A DNA stretch of 62,231 nucleotides, filler included, from Asterionella formosa (taxonomy: Eukaryota), in the NCBI GenBank assembly GCA_002256025.1. It is 14 parts of 14 records of this genome, joined end to end, with 100 filler letters (N's around TTAATTAATTAA, not from the genome) between each part and the next. Parts side by side here need not be neighbours in the genome. Positions count along the whole stretch, not along the records: positions 8,929 to 13,290 come from NKIB01013572.1; positions 13,391 to 17,750 come from NKIB01013573.1; positions 17,851 to 22,210 come from NKIB01013574.1; positions 22,311 to 26,664 come from NKIB01013575.1; 10 more parts are not named here. One strand, 5' to 3'. The notes below the pieces were generated by a model. The model saw only the letters and a program-made list of their open reading frames with translations, was not told the origin of the DNA and searched no databases. Of this stretch, positions 10,554 to 22,449 are shown one piece after another. Both the position numbers and the translations under genes were made by a program. Position 1 is the stretch's first letter. Each line of letters starts with the position of its first letter.

Positions 10554-13290
10554 CTATTCGGATTCTGTCTGCTATGAATATTCATTCATCCAATGCTTCT
10601 GTTCAAGAATATGGTTGTGCAGCACTTTGGATTTTGGCTTCGAATGACGAAAACCAGGTGACAATTGCTGAAGCAGAATGCATCCCAACGATTCTTTCTG
10701 CTATGCAGATTCATTCATCCAATGCTGCTGTACAACTCTATGGTTGCAGAGCACTTGGGAACTTGGCTGTGTATGACAACAAAGACAACTACAACCAGGC
10801 AATGATTGCTGAAGCAGTAGGGATTACTACAATTTTGTCTGCTATGAAGAAGTGGTCATCCAATTCTAGTGTGCAAGAAAATGGTCTCATGAAGCTTCAG
10901 AACTTGGCTGTGAACAAGAACCACCAGGTGACAATTGCTGAAGCAGATGGTATCACTACAATTCTGTGTGCTATGAAGAAGCATTCATCCAATGCTGATG
11001 TTCAATACTATGGTTGCGGAGCACTTAAGAATTTGGCTGTGTATGACAACAACAACAAGGTGATGATTGCTGCAGCAGGAGGCATCACAATGATTCTGTC
11101 TGCTATGAAGAATCATTCATCCAATGTTAATGTTCAACACCATGGTTGTGCAGTACTTTTGAACTTGGCTTTGAATGAGAACAACCAGCTGACAATTTCT
11201 GAAGCAGAAGGTGTCACCACAATTCTTTCTGCTATGAAATATCATTCATCAAATGCAAATGTTCAACACTATGGTTGTGGAGCTCTCAGGAACTTGGCTC
11301 TGAATGAGAACAACCAGGTGACAATTGCTGAAGCAGAAGGTATTACTATGATTCTGTCTGCTATGAAGAATCATTCATCCAATGCTAAAGTTCAATACTA
11401 TGGTTGTGGAGCACTTTGGAACTTGGCTGTGAATAAAAGCAACAAGGAAGTAATTGCTGCAGCTGGAGGCATCACAATGATTCTGTCTGCAATGACGAAT
11501 CATCTATCCAATGCTATTGTACAGCACTATGGTTGCGCAGCACTTTGGAACTTGGCTGTGAATGACAACAACCAGGTGAAGATTGCTGAAGCAGAAGGTA
11601 TCACTACAATTCTGTCTGGTATAAAGAAGCATACATATAATGCAAATGTTCAACACTATGGTTGTGGAGCACTTTGGAACTTGGCTGTGAATGACAACAA
11701 CAAAGTGGTGATTGCTGCAGAAGAAGGTATCACTATGATTCTGTTGGCGATGAAAAAGCATCCATCCAATGCTTTTGTGCAGCACTACGGTTGCGCAGCA
11801 CTTTGGACTTTGTCTGTGAATGACAACAACCAGATAACAGTTGCAAAATCAGAAGGTATCACTTTGATTCTCTCTGCCATGAAGAATCATTCATCCAATG
11901 CTAATGTGCAGCACTATGGTTGTTTAGCACTTGGGAACTTGGCTGTGAACGAGAAAAATCAAGTGGTGATTGCTGCAGCAAAGGGTATCACTACTATTCT
12001 TTCTGCTATGAAGAATCATTCATTCAATACTAATGTTCAACACTATGGCTGTGAACCACTTGGGAACTTGGCTGTGAATGACGAAAACAAGGTGGCAATT
12101 GCTGCAGCAGGAGGTATCATAATCATTCTATCTGCTATAAAGAATCATTCATGCAATGCTAATGTGCAACACTTTGGTTGCAAAGCACTTGGGAACTTGG
12201 CTGTGAATGAAAACAACCAGGTGACAATTGCTGCAGCAGAAGGCATAACTACAATTCTGTCTGCTATGAATAATCATTCATCCAATGCTAATGTTCAACA
12301 CTATGGTTGTTAAGCACTTGGGAACTTGGCTGTGAATGACAACAACAAGGTGTCAATTGCTGCAGCAGAAGGTATCACTAATATTCTGTCTGCTATGAAG
12401 AATCATTTTTCCCAAGCTAATGTGCAGCAACAAGCGTGTATAGCACTTGGGAACTTGGCTGTGAATGTCAACAACCAGGTGAAGATTGCTGAAGCAGAAG
12501 GTATCACCACAATTCTTTCTGCCATGAATAATCATTCATCCAATGCTAATGTTCAACACTATGGTTGTGGAGCACTTTGGAGCGTGGCTGTGAATGACAA
12601 CAACAAGGTGGCAATTGTTTCAGCAGAGGGTGTCACCACAATTCTGTCTGCTATGCAGAAGCATTCATTGAATGCAAATGTACAGCACTATGGTTGTTTA
12701 GCACTTGGGGAGTTGGCTGTGAATGACAACAACAATATGGTTATTGGTGTAGTAGGAGGTATCACAATGATTCTGTCTGCTACGAAGAATCATTCATCCA
12801 ATGCAATTGTGCAGCATCATTGTTGTTTAGCACTTGGGAACTTGGCTTTGAATGACAACAACAATTTGGCAATTGCTGCAGCAGGAGGTGTCACTATGAT
12901 TCTGTCTTTAATGACAATTCATTCATCCAATGCTCATGTGCAGCACTATGGTTCTGCAGCACTTTGGAATTTGGCTATTAATGACAACAACAAAGTGGCA
13001 ATTGCTGCAGCAGAGGGTATCACTACAATTCTATCTGCTATGAATAATCATTCATCCAATGCTAATGTTCAACATCATTGTTGTGGAGCACTTGGGAACT
13101 TGGCTGTGAATGACAACAACCAGGTGACAATTGCTAAAACAGGAGGCATCATGATGATTCTGTCTGCTATGAAGAATTATTCATCCAATGCTAATGTTCA
13201 TCACTATGGCTGTGGTGCACTTGGGAACTTGGCTTTGAATAAGAACAACAAGGTGTTGATGGTTGCAGCAGGAGTTTCCAATATGATTCT
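10554..13290 (+). pseudogene. Armadillo-repeat array (about 21 x 43 aa) with one in-frame TAA; probably the continuation of the 8962 gene
   Basis: 129-bp tandem units, consensus MKNHSSNANVQHYGCxALxNLAVNDNNQVTIAEAEGITTILSA. TAA at 12311-12313 splits two same-frame ORFs. Truncated by the contig end. Confidence 0.8.
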
Positions 13291-13390
13291 NNNNNNNNNN
13301 NNNNNNNNNNNNNNNNNNNNNNNNNNNNNNNNNNTTAATTAATTAANNNNNNNNNNNNNNNNNNNNNNNNNNNNNNNNNNNNNNNNNNNN

Positions 13391-14690
13391 TCGATGACAC
13401 CACACTACTTAGTGATGACGAACATCGAAAGTTTCAGATGTTAATTGGCATGTTGAATTGGGTAGTAACAATTGGGAGATTTGATGTCGCACACGCCACA
13501 ATGTCATTGTCAAGATTCTCTGCATGTCCAAGAAAAGGACACCTTGAGCGGGTATTGAAAGTGTTTGGCTACCTCAAGAGGAGGCCAAATAGGCGAATTG
13601 TCGTGGATTCTAGGTCGCCTGACTTCTCAGGATTTGAGGAAGATTTTTCTAAAGACTACGCAAGTATTCTTGGTGAAGACTACCCTGAAGCATCTGAGGA
13701 GGTTGACTGCAACCTACCAAAGCCATTGGTCAATGAGTTGGACATAACTGTGTTTGTTGACTCAGATCATGCCCATGACAAGATCACACGCAGGTCAGTG
13801 ACCGGTTTGATTATATTCGTTGGAAGAACACCAGTATTCTTTATGAGTAGGCGACAAGGAGCAGTGGAGACATCAACATACGGCGCTGAGTTTTGTGCTA
13901 TGCGCATTGCAGTTGAAGAAACCATAGCTATTTGTTATATGCTACGCTCAATGGGAGTGCGGGTGGCTCATGCCTCATACCTGTTCGGTGACAATCTTGG
14001 AGTAGTTCAGAATGTTACTATCAAGGATAGTTTGTTGAAGAAGAAACATGTTGCCATCTCATATCACAAGGTGAGGGAGGCGGCGGCATGCGGAATTGTA
14101 CATCCAGTCAAGATTGATGGAAGGTATAATTTTGCAGATGTGCTCATCAAGGCCCAGACTAACAAGGTGTTTGCCATGTTAGTTGGGGAGGTGATGCATG
14201 GATAGGGATTAGGGATTCGCATATTCTATGCAAGTATTATTATGGTCAATCAAACTATTGGATTATTGATTCAAGAGGAGTGATAAATACGGGAACGAGA
14301 TTGCTCGGGTTCTCCGGGTAATTGGTGACTTACTGCTTACTGTAACTGATGAATCAGATATCCACAGTATTGATGGGTACTGGTACAACGTGGTTGTACC
14401 ATCTACGTAGATACATACTAACCTAGTAAAAAGTACTGCTGGAACGGCCTCAAGTCACAACTTGTTGGACCTACCATTACAGCAGGGCACTAACAGGCCA
14501 ATTTGTCTTTAGATAGCATCTTATCAATCGAGCCAACTGATTTCCATGTAGCAAAAAATATTCGTGGTTTATATGAAGGCTATGTAGGCTAGGGTTTAAG
14601 GGTTTATAAAAAGAGAGGGACTAAATATCTTTTTCCAATAACTACATAATAAATATTATTTATAATGTCTTTCTGTTGATTTCGACATCA
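13391..14690 (+). mobile_element. Ty1/copia (CoDi-type) retrotransposon 3' end: RT-RNase H ORF (to 14205), polypurine tract and 3' LTR (14281-14690)
   Basis: RNase H motifs FVDSDHA, TSTYGAEF, LFGDN, KKKHVAISYH and NFADV. Purine tract CAAGAGGAG, then TGAT...ATCA bounding the LTR. Confidence 0.9.
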
Positions 14691-14706
14691 AGTATGGCAG
14701 ACGAAC

Positions 14707-14747
14707 GGATTCTGGATTCCGTCCTGTGGAACACTCGTGTGTAGAAT
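14707..14747. repeat. Short dispersed repeat (reverse copy at 49234-49274)
   Basis: GGATTCTGGATTCCGTCCTGTG..CACTCGTGTG.AGAAT occurs on two different contigs. Confidence 0.75.
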
Positions 14748-15358
14748 ATATATATTGTATGTAGCCTGTTCATATTTGACCTACGTAAATTTCGAAGTGT
14801 CTGGTAAAACTGAAATGCAACGCAACAGCACTACCGGTAGGTTGTATGCCGTACCAAGTAGTATATTGGTACAAACACATGTCTAATACGCATGTATGTG
14901 ACAGTACTGCTTGAATATTTGGATTAATGACAGACAGCATACTGCTACCTGTAGACGAAGACGACGGTGATACAACTGGTACAGTACAAGGTACCAGGTA
15001 CTCACTCATCACTGTCTGCGAGGAATCATGTCTGATTTATTCCTGTTGGGCATACATTATATATGGACTTATTTCATTCCGGCTATCCCCAGATGGTGAC
15101 GGTGTGCAATTCATCTCCATATCCATGTCCATGTTGATGGATCCTTGTGTATGCAAAATGAACGAGTTTACAAAACAAGCCTCGCTCAGAATGTATGTAT
15201 CATAATCAGGGAAACATCCATAAAGAAGAGTGTAAACGTAAATTTCAACTAACAGTTTAACAAAAACATACCCTACTTATTGATAATCAAAACATAACAG
15301 TTCCGTAATTACAATAATAAATACTAGTTGATCCTCCTAAATATAACCATTATGATCA

Positions 15359-16398
15359 TTACCACAAATTGCGAAGTGCTGCTTTACCTTTTTCTTGAAC
15401 ACCAGCATTGGATGAGTAATTTTGCATAGCAGACTCAATTACGGCTTTTCCACCAGCATTGCATATTGTCACCTTGTTGTTTTCATTACTATCAGCCAAG
15501 TCATCAAGTGCTGCACAACCAGCATATTGCACAGTAGCATTTGAGGAATGAGTCTTCATTGCAGACAGAATTGTAGTGATACCTCCTGCTTCAGCAATCG
15601 TCACCTTGTTGTTTTCATTCGAAGCCAAGTTCTGAAGTGCTCCACAACCATATTCTTGCACAGTAGCATTTGAGGAATGAGTCTTCATTGCAGACAGAAT
15701 CGTAATGATACCTCCTGCTTCAGCAATCGTCACCTTGTTCTTGTCATTGGCAGCCAAGTTCATAAGTGCTCCACAACCATATTCTTGCACAGTAGCATTG
15801 GATAAATGAGTCTTCATTGCAAACAGAATCGTAGTGATACCTCCTGCATCAGCCATCGTCACTCTGTTGTTTTCATTAACAGTCAAGTTCTGTAGTGCTG
15901 CACAACCATATTCTTGCACAGTAGCATTGGAGGAATGAGTCTTCATTGCAGACAGAATCGTAGTGATACCTCCTGCTTCAGCAATTGTCACCTTGTTGTT
16001 GTCATTAAAAGTCAAGTCCCAAAGGTCTGAACAACCTTTTTTTTGAATGTCAGCATTCCGTTCATTCAATCTCATCTTTGAAAGAATTTTAGCAATCGGA
16101 AACGGAATTGAAGTGGTTGGAATTTGGGTTGAAGGCTGAGATTGTGTTGCTGGCAGAGAAGGAGACTGCTGAGGCATTGGAGTCACTGGAGCAGTAGGAC
16201 CTTGTTGGGTACTATTCAGACAATCGCATTTTGGGCTCCAAACAGATTCTTTTTGCAAAGTTGAATGTCTGGATGAGAAAGACAGACTGACAATCCATTC
16301 CTAATGAGCTCAACTTGTACACCATGCTCATTCAAAATTGGAGCGTCATTGTGGGTACGGGCGTATGAAGCATGGAGTGTAGGTGTAATATTCGCCAT
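15359..16398 (-). pseudogene. ARM-repeat paralog with the same Cys/His N-terminal module, no LRRs, frameshifted near 16235
   Basis: MANITPTL...DAPI...VELIRNG..CLSHPDIQ matches the 8962 N-terminus. A short deletion just before (C)PKCD shifts the frame into the 299-aa ORF, which has 5-6 ARM units. Confidence 0.8.
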
Positions 16399-16425
16399 GT
16401 TTGATTTCTTGTTCTTGTTGTTTAA

Positions 16426-17120
16426 GGTTGCTGCATTTGAACCCCTAGCTCGAGGTAGGGTTAAGAAAATAATATTCAGTCAGACTAATCAAACACGTAC
16501 TTTACAAGTATAAATTAAAAATGTATAACGCTCAACGGAGCTTTCACCAATAGACACCCTTTCCATATGCTGAAATACAGTCTTCGGACAAAGTAGGGGT
16601 GTAGGTTCACTCAATATATCGTCAGTATATAGGATCTGGTCAGAAACTGCAGAAAGGAACTTCGGTTTTTTAGCTATGCTAAAAAGACTCGAAATTTCGG
16701 GGGAAATCTGTTTATTTGGCATAGTAAAAAACCGAAGTTCCTTTCTGCAGTTTCTCGCCAGAAGTTATATACTGGTGCCATTTGAAAGTTACCTATGTAT
16801 CTAAATCGCCGTCAGACCCATCCAACGTTTAGCTATCGTCGTCCAAAAACTCGACAAAATCGGCCTTTTCTACGGTCGCCAAAATATCGGAATCAGAATT
16901 ATTAAGTGCCGAAACGTCATCATTGGAATGGCAGTCGTGTGCCGGAATTTTTAGTCCTAAAATCTCCTGTCCGAAAAATTCCATTGTAAGTACCCGCTTC
17001 CACATATATAATATGATTGGTGAGCATGAAGTACATTCCTCTGTTTGATTGGCCTGGTTTGCGAGGTCGTGCAAACCCACCCTGGCCACATTGGATAAAC
17101 ATGTAACATTTTCTTCGGTG
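16426..17120 (+). mobile_element. Repeat family A, long copy with an internal ~45-bp-arm inverted repeat (about 16635-16762)
   Basis: Starts TTAA|GGTTGCTGCATT and aligns over ~700 bp with 38052-38762. Arms AGAAACTGCAGAAAGGAACTTCGGTTTTTTA / TAAAAAACCGAAGTTCCTTTCTGCAGTTTCT. Confidence 0.8.
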
Positions 17121-17307
17121 TACTGACAGTCCGGTGCTATATTCACGACGGGTACCAGTAGATGATCATCATTGGACATACCGGTACGCGTACCGCTCCT
17201 TGGGTGCACTTTCAAATATTTGCCGAGCAGCCGGGTCGTATACATGACCCATATTCGTCGATAGGAGTATACATTGTAGTACTGGTGTATGCACATGAAG
17301 CGATGTA

Positions 17308-17730
17308 CATCTAAGACGCGAAATACGCCACTTTTCGAAATTTCGTCTACGTATGAGTGTTAATTATGTGGTACTTCACATGCATTAATGCCACTCTTCA
17401 CGTAAAAAAGATTACTTTTAACTGTTTTATGTGAAGTTTTAACTGTTTCATGTGAAGTTTTCACAATGAATTTTGAACGCGAGACTGAATTAGTTGATGT
17501 TTCAAATAATTCATTTGACTTTTCGAAATTTCGTTTACGTACGAGTGTTAATTATGTGGTACTTCACATGCATTAATGCCACTCTTCACGTAAAAAGGTT
17601 ACTTTTAACGGTTTCATGTGAAGTTTTAACGGTTTCATGTGAAGTTTTAACGGTTTCATGTGAAGTTTTCACAATGAATTTTGAACGCGAGACTGAATTA
17701 GTTGATGTTTCAAATAATTCATTTGAAAGT
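17308..17730 (+). repeat. Repeat family B (CATCTAAG terminus): tandem ~190-210 bp duplication with 21-bp subrepeats
   Basis: Units 17331-17518 and 17519-17726 contain TTTTAAC(T/G)GTTTCATGTGAAG subrepeats. Reverse homolog at 21820-22054; related terminus at 61418. Confidence 0.8.
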
Positions 17731-17850
17731 TCAACTAAGATCCTGCTCTTNNNNNNNNNNNNNNNNNNNNNNNNNNNNNNNNNNNNNNNNNNNNTTAATT
17801 AATTAANNNNNNNNNNNNNNNNNNNNNNNNNNNNNNNNNNNNNNNNNNNN

Positions 17851-18265
17851 ACTGCTCAATCAATGCAAATGTTACTTTTTTGAAAGGATTTTCGGCATTG
17901 AAGAAATGCAATCTCATTGAAACATTTCCCCCAAAGAGTAACTTTCCCTTGATAGATACCCATTCCTCCAATATGTTGCCAGAAATTATGATTTAAATGG
18001 AATGTATGTTCCTCGAAACTCCAATTTTCCTGCAATTGATCTGAACTGGAAGTGTGGCGATAGTGTGTGTGGTGTCCAGGTACATGTTTCCAACCATCAC
18101 AATGTACTGAAAAAGTTTACAGAAATGTGTAAAAAGGCGGGATGGCTTACAAAGTTCAAGACGATAAATTTGCTTTATTTAAGTCTTGAACGAAGTGTTG
18201 CTAATTCTGTTCAAAACCAAGCAGTATACCCTGTCTCAAGACTCTACAATGGCCTAAACCAATGA
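17851..18265 (+). pseudogene. Crinkler-like restriction-endonuclease-fold domain, 3' fragment
   Basis: GMYVPRNSNFPAIDLNWK..VCGVQVHVSNH; nucleotide paralog of 19617-19998; disrupted frames. Confidence 0.65.
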
Positions 18266-18640
18266 AATGAAGAAAGATATTGTTTCAGAATTTGGGGTGC
18301 TAGGGTAAGGGGAGCACGCCTTCTAAGGATCATGTACACATAGTGCTAAGGAGCTATTCTAGAGTCTAGAGACCATTATGAACTGCTTAGACCACTATAA
18401 CATTATTATTTGGTTAAGGTCAAGGGATTCTGCCATGTAGGTGTCATCGCTATGGAGCACCCAGCACTTCTAGGGAGATGGGTGTTACTTGAGCACATGG
18501 TACAACTAACCCAAGAGCTATTATTATCATTTTTCATTGTGCATCACTTAATTTGAAATTGTTTTGAAAATGTATTATCAACGATAACTCGATTTGAACC
18601 AAAGTTCATCCATTCCAAACATGAGACTGTATCACTATTT

Positions 18641-19998
18641 GTGATCATAGTGTATTATCATAGAGAGCTTACTTTTGAACCTACTTTACCTCCGTCTGAT
18701 GATCCTTTATCTCCTTCTGATCCTATTGGGCCCGTCTTTTACCCTGACGATTCTTACTGGATGAATGGGCTCCAAAAAGTGCGGTTTGATGATTGCAAGA
18801 GTCGGGGAATCTTTTATCGCCATGAAATTGTGAAGGCAATGTTAAAAGCGGTTGAAGATGCCTTCAAAAAAGGTGGTCCGGCTGGAATCATGATTAAGGG
18901 ACCGCATGGAATTTGCAAGTCGCACTCACTTGTCAACTTGGTTCGTACGCTGCAATATGACAGCAGCTGCAAGTACCTCGTAACTATGATTTCAGACTGT
19001 CAACGATGGGGCGACGTTGACGATTTGTATACTGCGATCTGCAGTTCATTTGGTACTTCATTATCTGCTCTCTCGTGGTCGAGCAGCTCAGCTTTGGATT
19101 CTCTTTGAGGAATACAATCACCCTTGCAAAATGGATTTTGACGAAATAAAGCTCGCCTTTGAAGAAGTATCTACACGGAATGACTGCGAAAAAGTTTTGA
19201 AAGTGACTGGTGGGGTACCCTGGCAGGTGAAGAAATTGATTTATTTTACCCTTTCTATCGATGATTATGAAGAGGCTGAATTGCGCACAATTCTGAGATC
19301 TTCTTGACAATTTGAAAGAAACGAAATCGTAAACGAAATTTGATCGTATCACCTTATCTGCGGTTTCTTGTGTTTTGATAACCATAGGAGATGAAAAAGA
19401 AGATGACAGGAAGTATTCAATTCCTGGTAAGGTGGAACATGCTGATCACTATGAGCCTTTGTTTCCTATGGTGATAGTAGCCTATCGACGTTACTTTTGG
19501 AAGGCTATCATGGCTTTTGTCCATGAACACGAGCAAGTACTTTTGTGTGTCTGTGACAACCCTAGTTTGACAAATGATGCTCGTGATCGGATTTTCGAAC
19601 TCATTGTGATTATTCGCTGTTCACTCAATGCAAATGTTACTTTGGAGGGATTTCTTTCTTTGAAAAAATGCAATCTCATTGAAACCTTTCCCTCCAAGGG
19701 GACCTTTCCCTTCAAATGAGTTGCCACAAATCATGGATAAGGATGGAACGTATGTACCCTAAAAATGCAATTTTGCTGCAATTGATCTGATCTGGAAGTC
19801 TGGAAAAAAGGTGTGTGGTGTCCTGGTACATACTTCCAATCACCACAATTTGTTGGAAAAGTTCAATGTGTGCAACGGCTGGAACAAAGCATTGCTGATT
19901 CTGTTAAAAGCAATATTCCTCAAACACAGGGGCCAATCACAGTTGTTGCACTATGCAAAAGCAGCATACCCTGTCTCACTAGTTTACAATGTCCATAA
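18641..19998 (+). pseudogene. Crinkler-like P-loop NTPase + REase-fold pseudogene
   Basis: Walker A-like GIMIKGPHGICKSH, TGGVP, RIFELIVI and YVP..NFAAIDLIWK..VCGV spread over several frameshifted ORFs. Confidence 0.7.
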
Positions 19999-20474
19999 CT
20001 CGAATAAATCTGTATTCAAATATTCCTTGTTACTCCCTTCCATACCTTTTGAGGTCAGCCACTTATTAGCTAGGTAAATGCATCTTGGAGGCCAATTCCA
20101 TGTGCTCACAGCAGTAAGTTTGTACTTCCTCATCACTTTTTTGTCCTGATCCACTTTTGGTTAGTTCCACACAGATTCTGTCCAACTGGTATTCCTCCAT
20201 TTGTGGATTATAAGTAGCTAGCACAGGACCTTTTCACAGGCATGTGTCATGCTGGTTTCCCACCTTCTTGATTAGAATACTATTGCAGAGTAGACAGGCA
20301 GCATTCAATTCTGTTTCTGGAAGGTAACAAAATGGATATATGTATCATTTTTCTGTATACATGACATATTCTCCATCATTCATACCTAATCACAGCGATA
20401 TGGTATCCGGCCGGCTGCAAGGATGATGCTTAACATTTCCTTTTGATCTGCTGGTAGCTCCATTTTCTACAGTT

Positions 20475-20477
<3 letters not shown>

Positions 20478-20505
<28 letters not shown>

Positions 20506-20551
20506 TCTTCTCTCTCTATCTATCTATCTATATATATATATTTATGTATAT
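20478..20551. repeat. Compound microsatellite (CT)n(CTAT)n(TA)n
   Basis: Directly visible. Confidence 0.95.
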
Positions 20552-21024
20552 AAATCTTTTTTTAGAGAAAAGTTTTTTATTTTAATCAGCCCTAAGGAAA
20601 TGAACCTCAAGATATTATTATTCTGATGCCACCAATTTTTAGCTACTACTCTGTCTACTCACGCCACTTTACATACTCTTGACAAAGACTCTCACTGACA
20701 TGTCTGTTTTTGACGCAAACTCTCTTGTCGCAGGCAGCTCCTCTCATCGCCTGCCGATACTTATTTCAGTTTTCGCCTTCCTTTCTCTAGCACTGAATCA
20801 ACAACAAGAACTTGCTAATTCATCGAAAAGTGCACTTAAACAGTCGAAAAATAATATTCAACCATCATCCAGTGCATTTTCTAATCCCACTCCCCTTACC
20901 ACTGATGATAATCGCTCCCCATCCCCACCAGACTCTTGCACACTTAATGACCCACAAGGCAAGAGCAAGAAATGTTTTCCTCAACAAATGGCGATAAAGA
21001 GGACCAATCAGCAACATCAGTATC

Positions 21025-21100
21025 TTCTGCAAATAAAAAGTATCATGCATATAGGATCAAGGGTATTTTACACTAAGTGGCACAGTAGTATTTTCATACT
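21025..21100 (-). repeat. Repeat family C (copies at about 44803-44870 and 57610-57680)
   Basis: Shared core CTGT(G/A)CCACTTAG.GTA..A.ACCCTTGATC.TAT...CATGATA on three contigs. Confidence 0.7.
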
Positions 21101-21819
21101 ATAGAAGTCAATTAGCCAAATCATAAATGAAATTATTGAAAGTTCGATTCTAATATGGAACACTTTAACCAAAGAATAGTTATTACTATCCCCCATGATA
21201 ACATTATTGATTTCCGAGAAGGCTTTTAGGCCTAAGAAGGGGAACATCGGACCTTAGCTATTGGAGGTAAAAATCAGCTAAATTTATCGCAACCCTAATC
21301 CAAGAAAACGAAAACGTCTATGACCAATAAGCTGAAATGACATGATTGGTAAACATCAATGTCCGAAAATGTTATCAAAATGATCCTCCAATAGGGGGTC
21401 AAAAATTCCAATAAGGTAAAAATTGGTCCCTGTGTTAACCCATCAATAAACCAATAGAGGAGGCTTGTTGGGACATCAACACACACCATAAAAATGTGTA
21501 CTTCTCCTAAATTGAAGTTGTCTTTCGCAATGAATTGCTTACCCTCTAAAAAGTGTATCTTGAACTTTTAGAGTAATTAGTTTTAATATCAACTACCGGT
21601 AGTTCCGTCTTGGAAATCACTGTATGATTGTGAACAATCACATGAAAACAGGAAGAGTAATATTGTTCACTACAATAAGTGCATATCATATGATAGCTAC
21701 GTGAAGAGCACAGCAACCAGAAACTGTAGATTTTCCAGCATGCCTGAAATAAGACACCATAACTATCTTTATTATTTCATAAATGAAGATGCATGTCGTA
21801 AGTGACAAATCATCCATGT

Positions 21820-22054
21820 TTTTGAAATGAATTATTTGAAACATCAAGCAACTGCCTAATGCAGTCTTGAGTCCAAAGTTCATTGTGAAAACCTCACATG
21901 AACGCGGTAAAACTTCACATAAAATCGTTAAAAGTAACCTGCTTATTTATGGGAAGAGTGGAATTAATTCATGTGAAGTACCACATTTAATCAAAACTCC
22001 TATGTACTGGAGTAGATGAAATTTCGAAAAGTGGCCTATTTTGTGGCTTAGATG
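21820..22054 (-). repeat. Repeat family B, diverged reverse copy
   Basis: Reverse complement aligns with 17308-17518, including the CATCTAAG end. Confidence 0.75.
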
Positions 22055-22449
22055 TGCGTTGAGAAACCACAATAATAGTCTACAAGATAATATATACTAC
22101 ACATGTGTTTATGGCCTTAATGAGTACAATTATATGTAAATATATTCGTATATAAATAAAATCATCTGTATTAATCTATTTATCATTGCTTCACACCTCA
22201 AAAATACCAANNNNNNNNNNNNNNNNNNNNNNNNNNNNNNNNNNNNNNNNNNNNTTAATTAATTAANNNNNNNNNNNNNNNNNNNNNNNNNNNNNNNNNN
22301 NNNNNNNNNNTGAGACATGAGACTACCGGTACATGAATGATAAACGGTATCATGGTCTTCTGCTATGAATGTAGGCTTTTGGTCCTGATCAGTTAGTTAT
22401 AAAGGTGATCCGTTCCACCCTCAAGGAGGCCCACTCAACTAGCCAAAAC

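Noticed and set aside
8962..16398. ARM genes and the copia element as one physical cluster
   Set aside because: The spacer at 13291-13390 separates contigs; adjacency of the two paralogs is not evidence of linkage.
17415..17670. 21-bp repeats as a CRISPR array
   Set aside because: The repeats are directly tandem with no unique spacers, there are no cas genes, and the context is eukaryotic.
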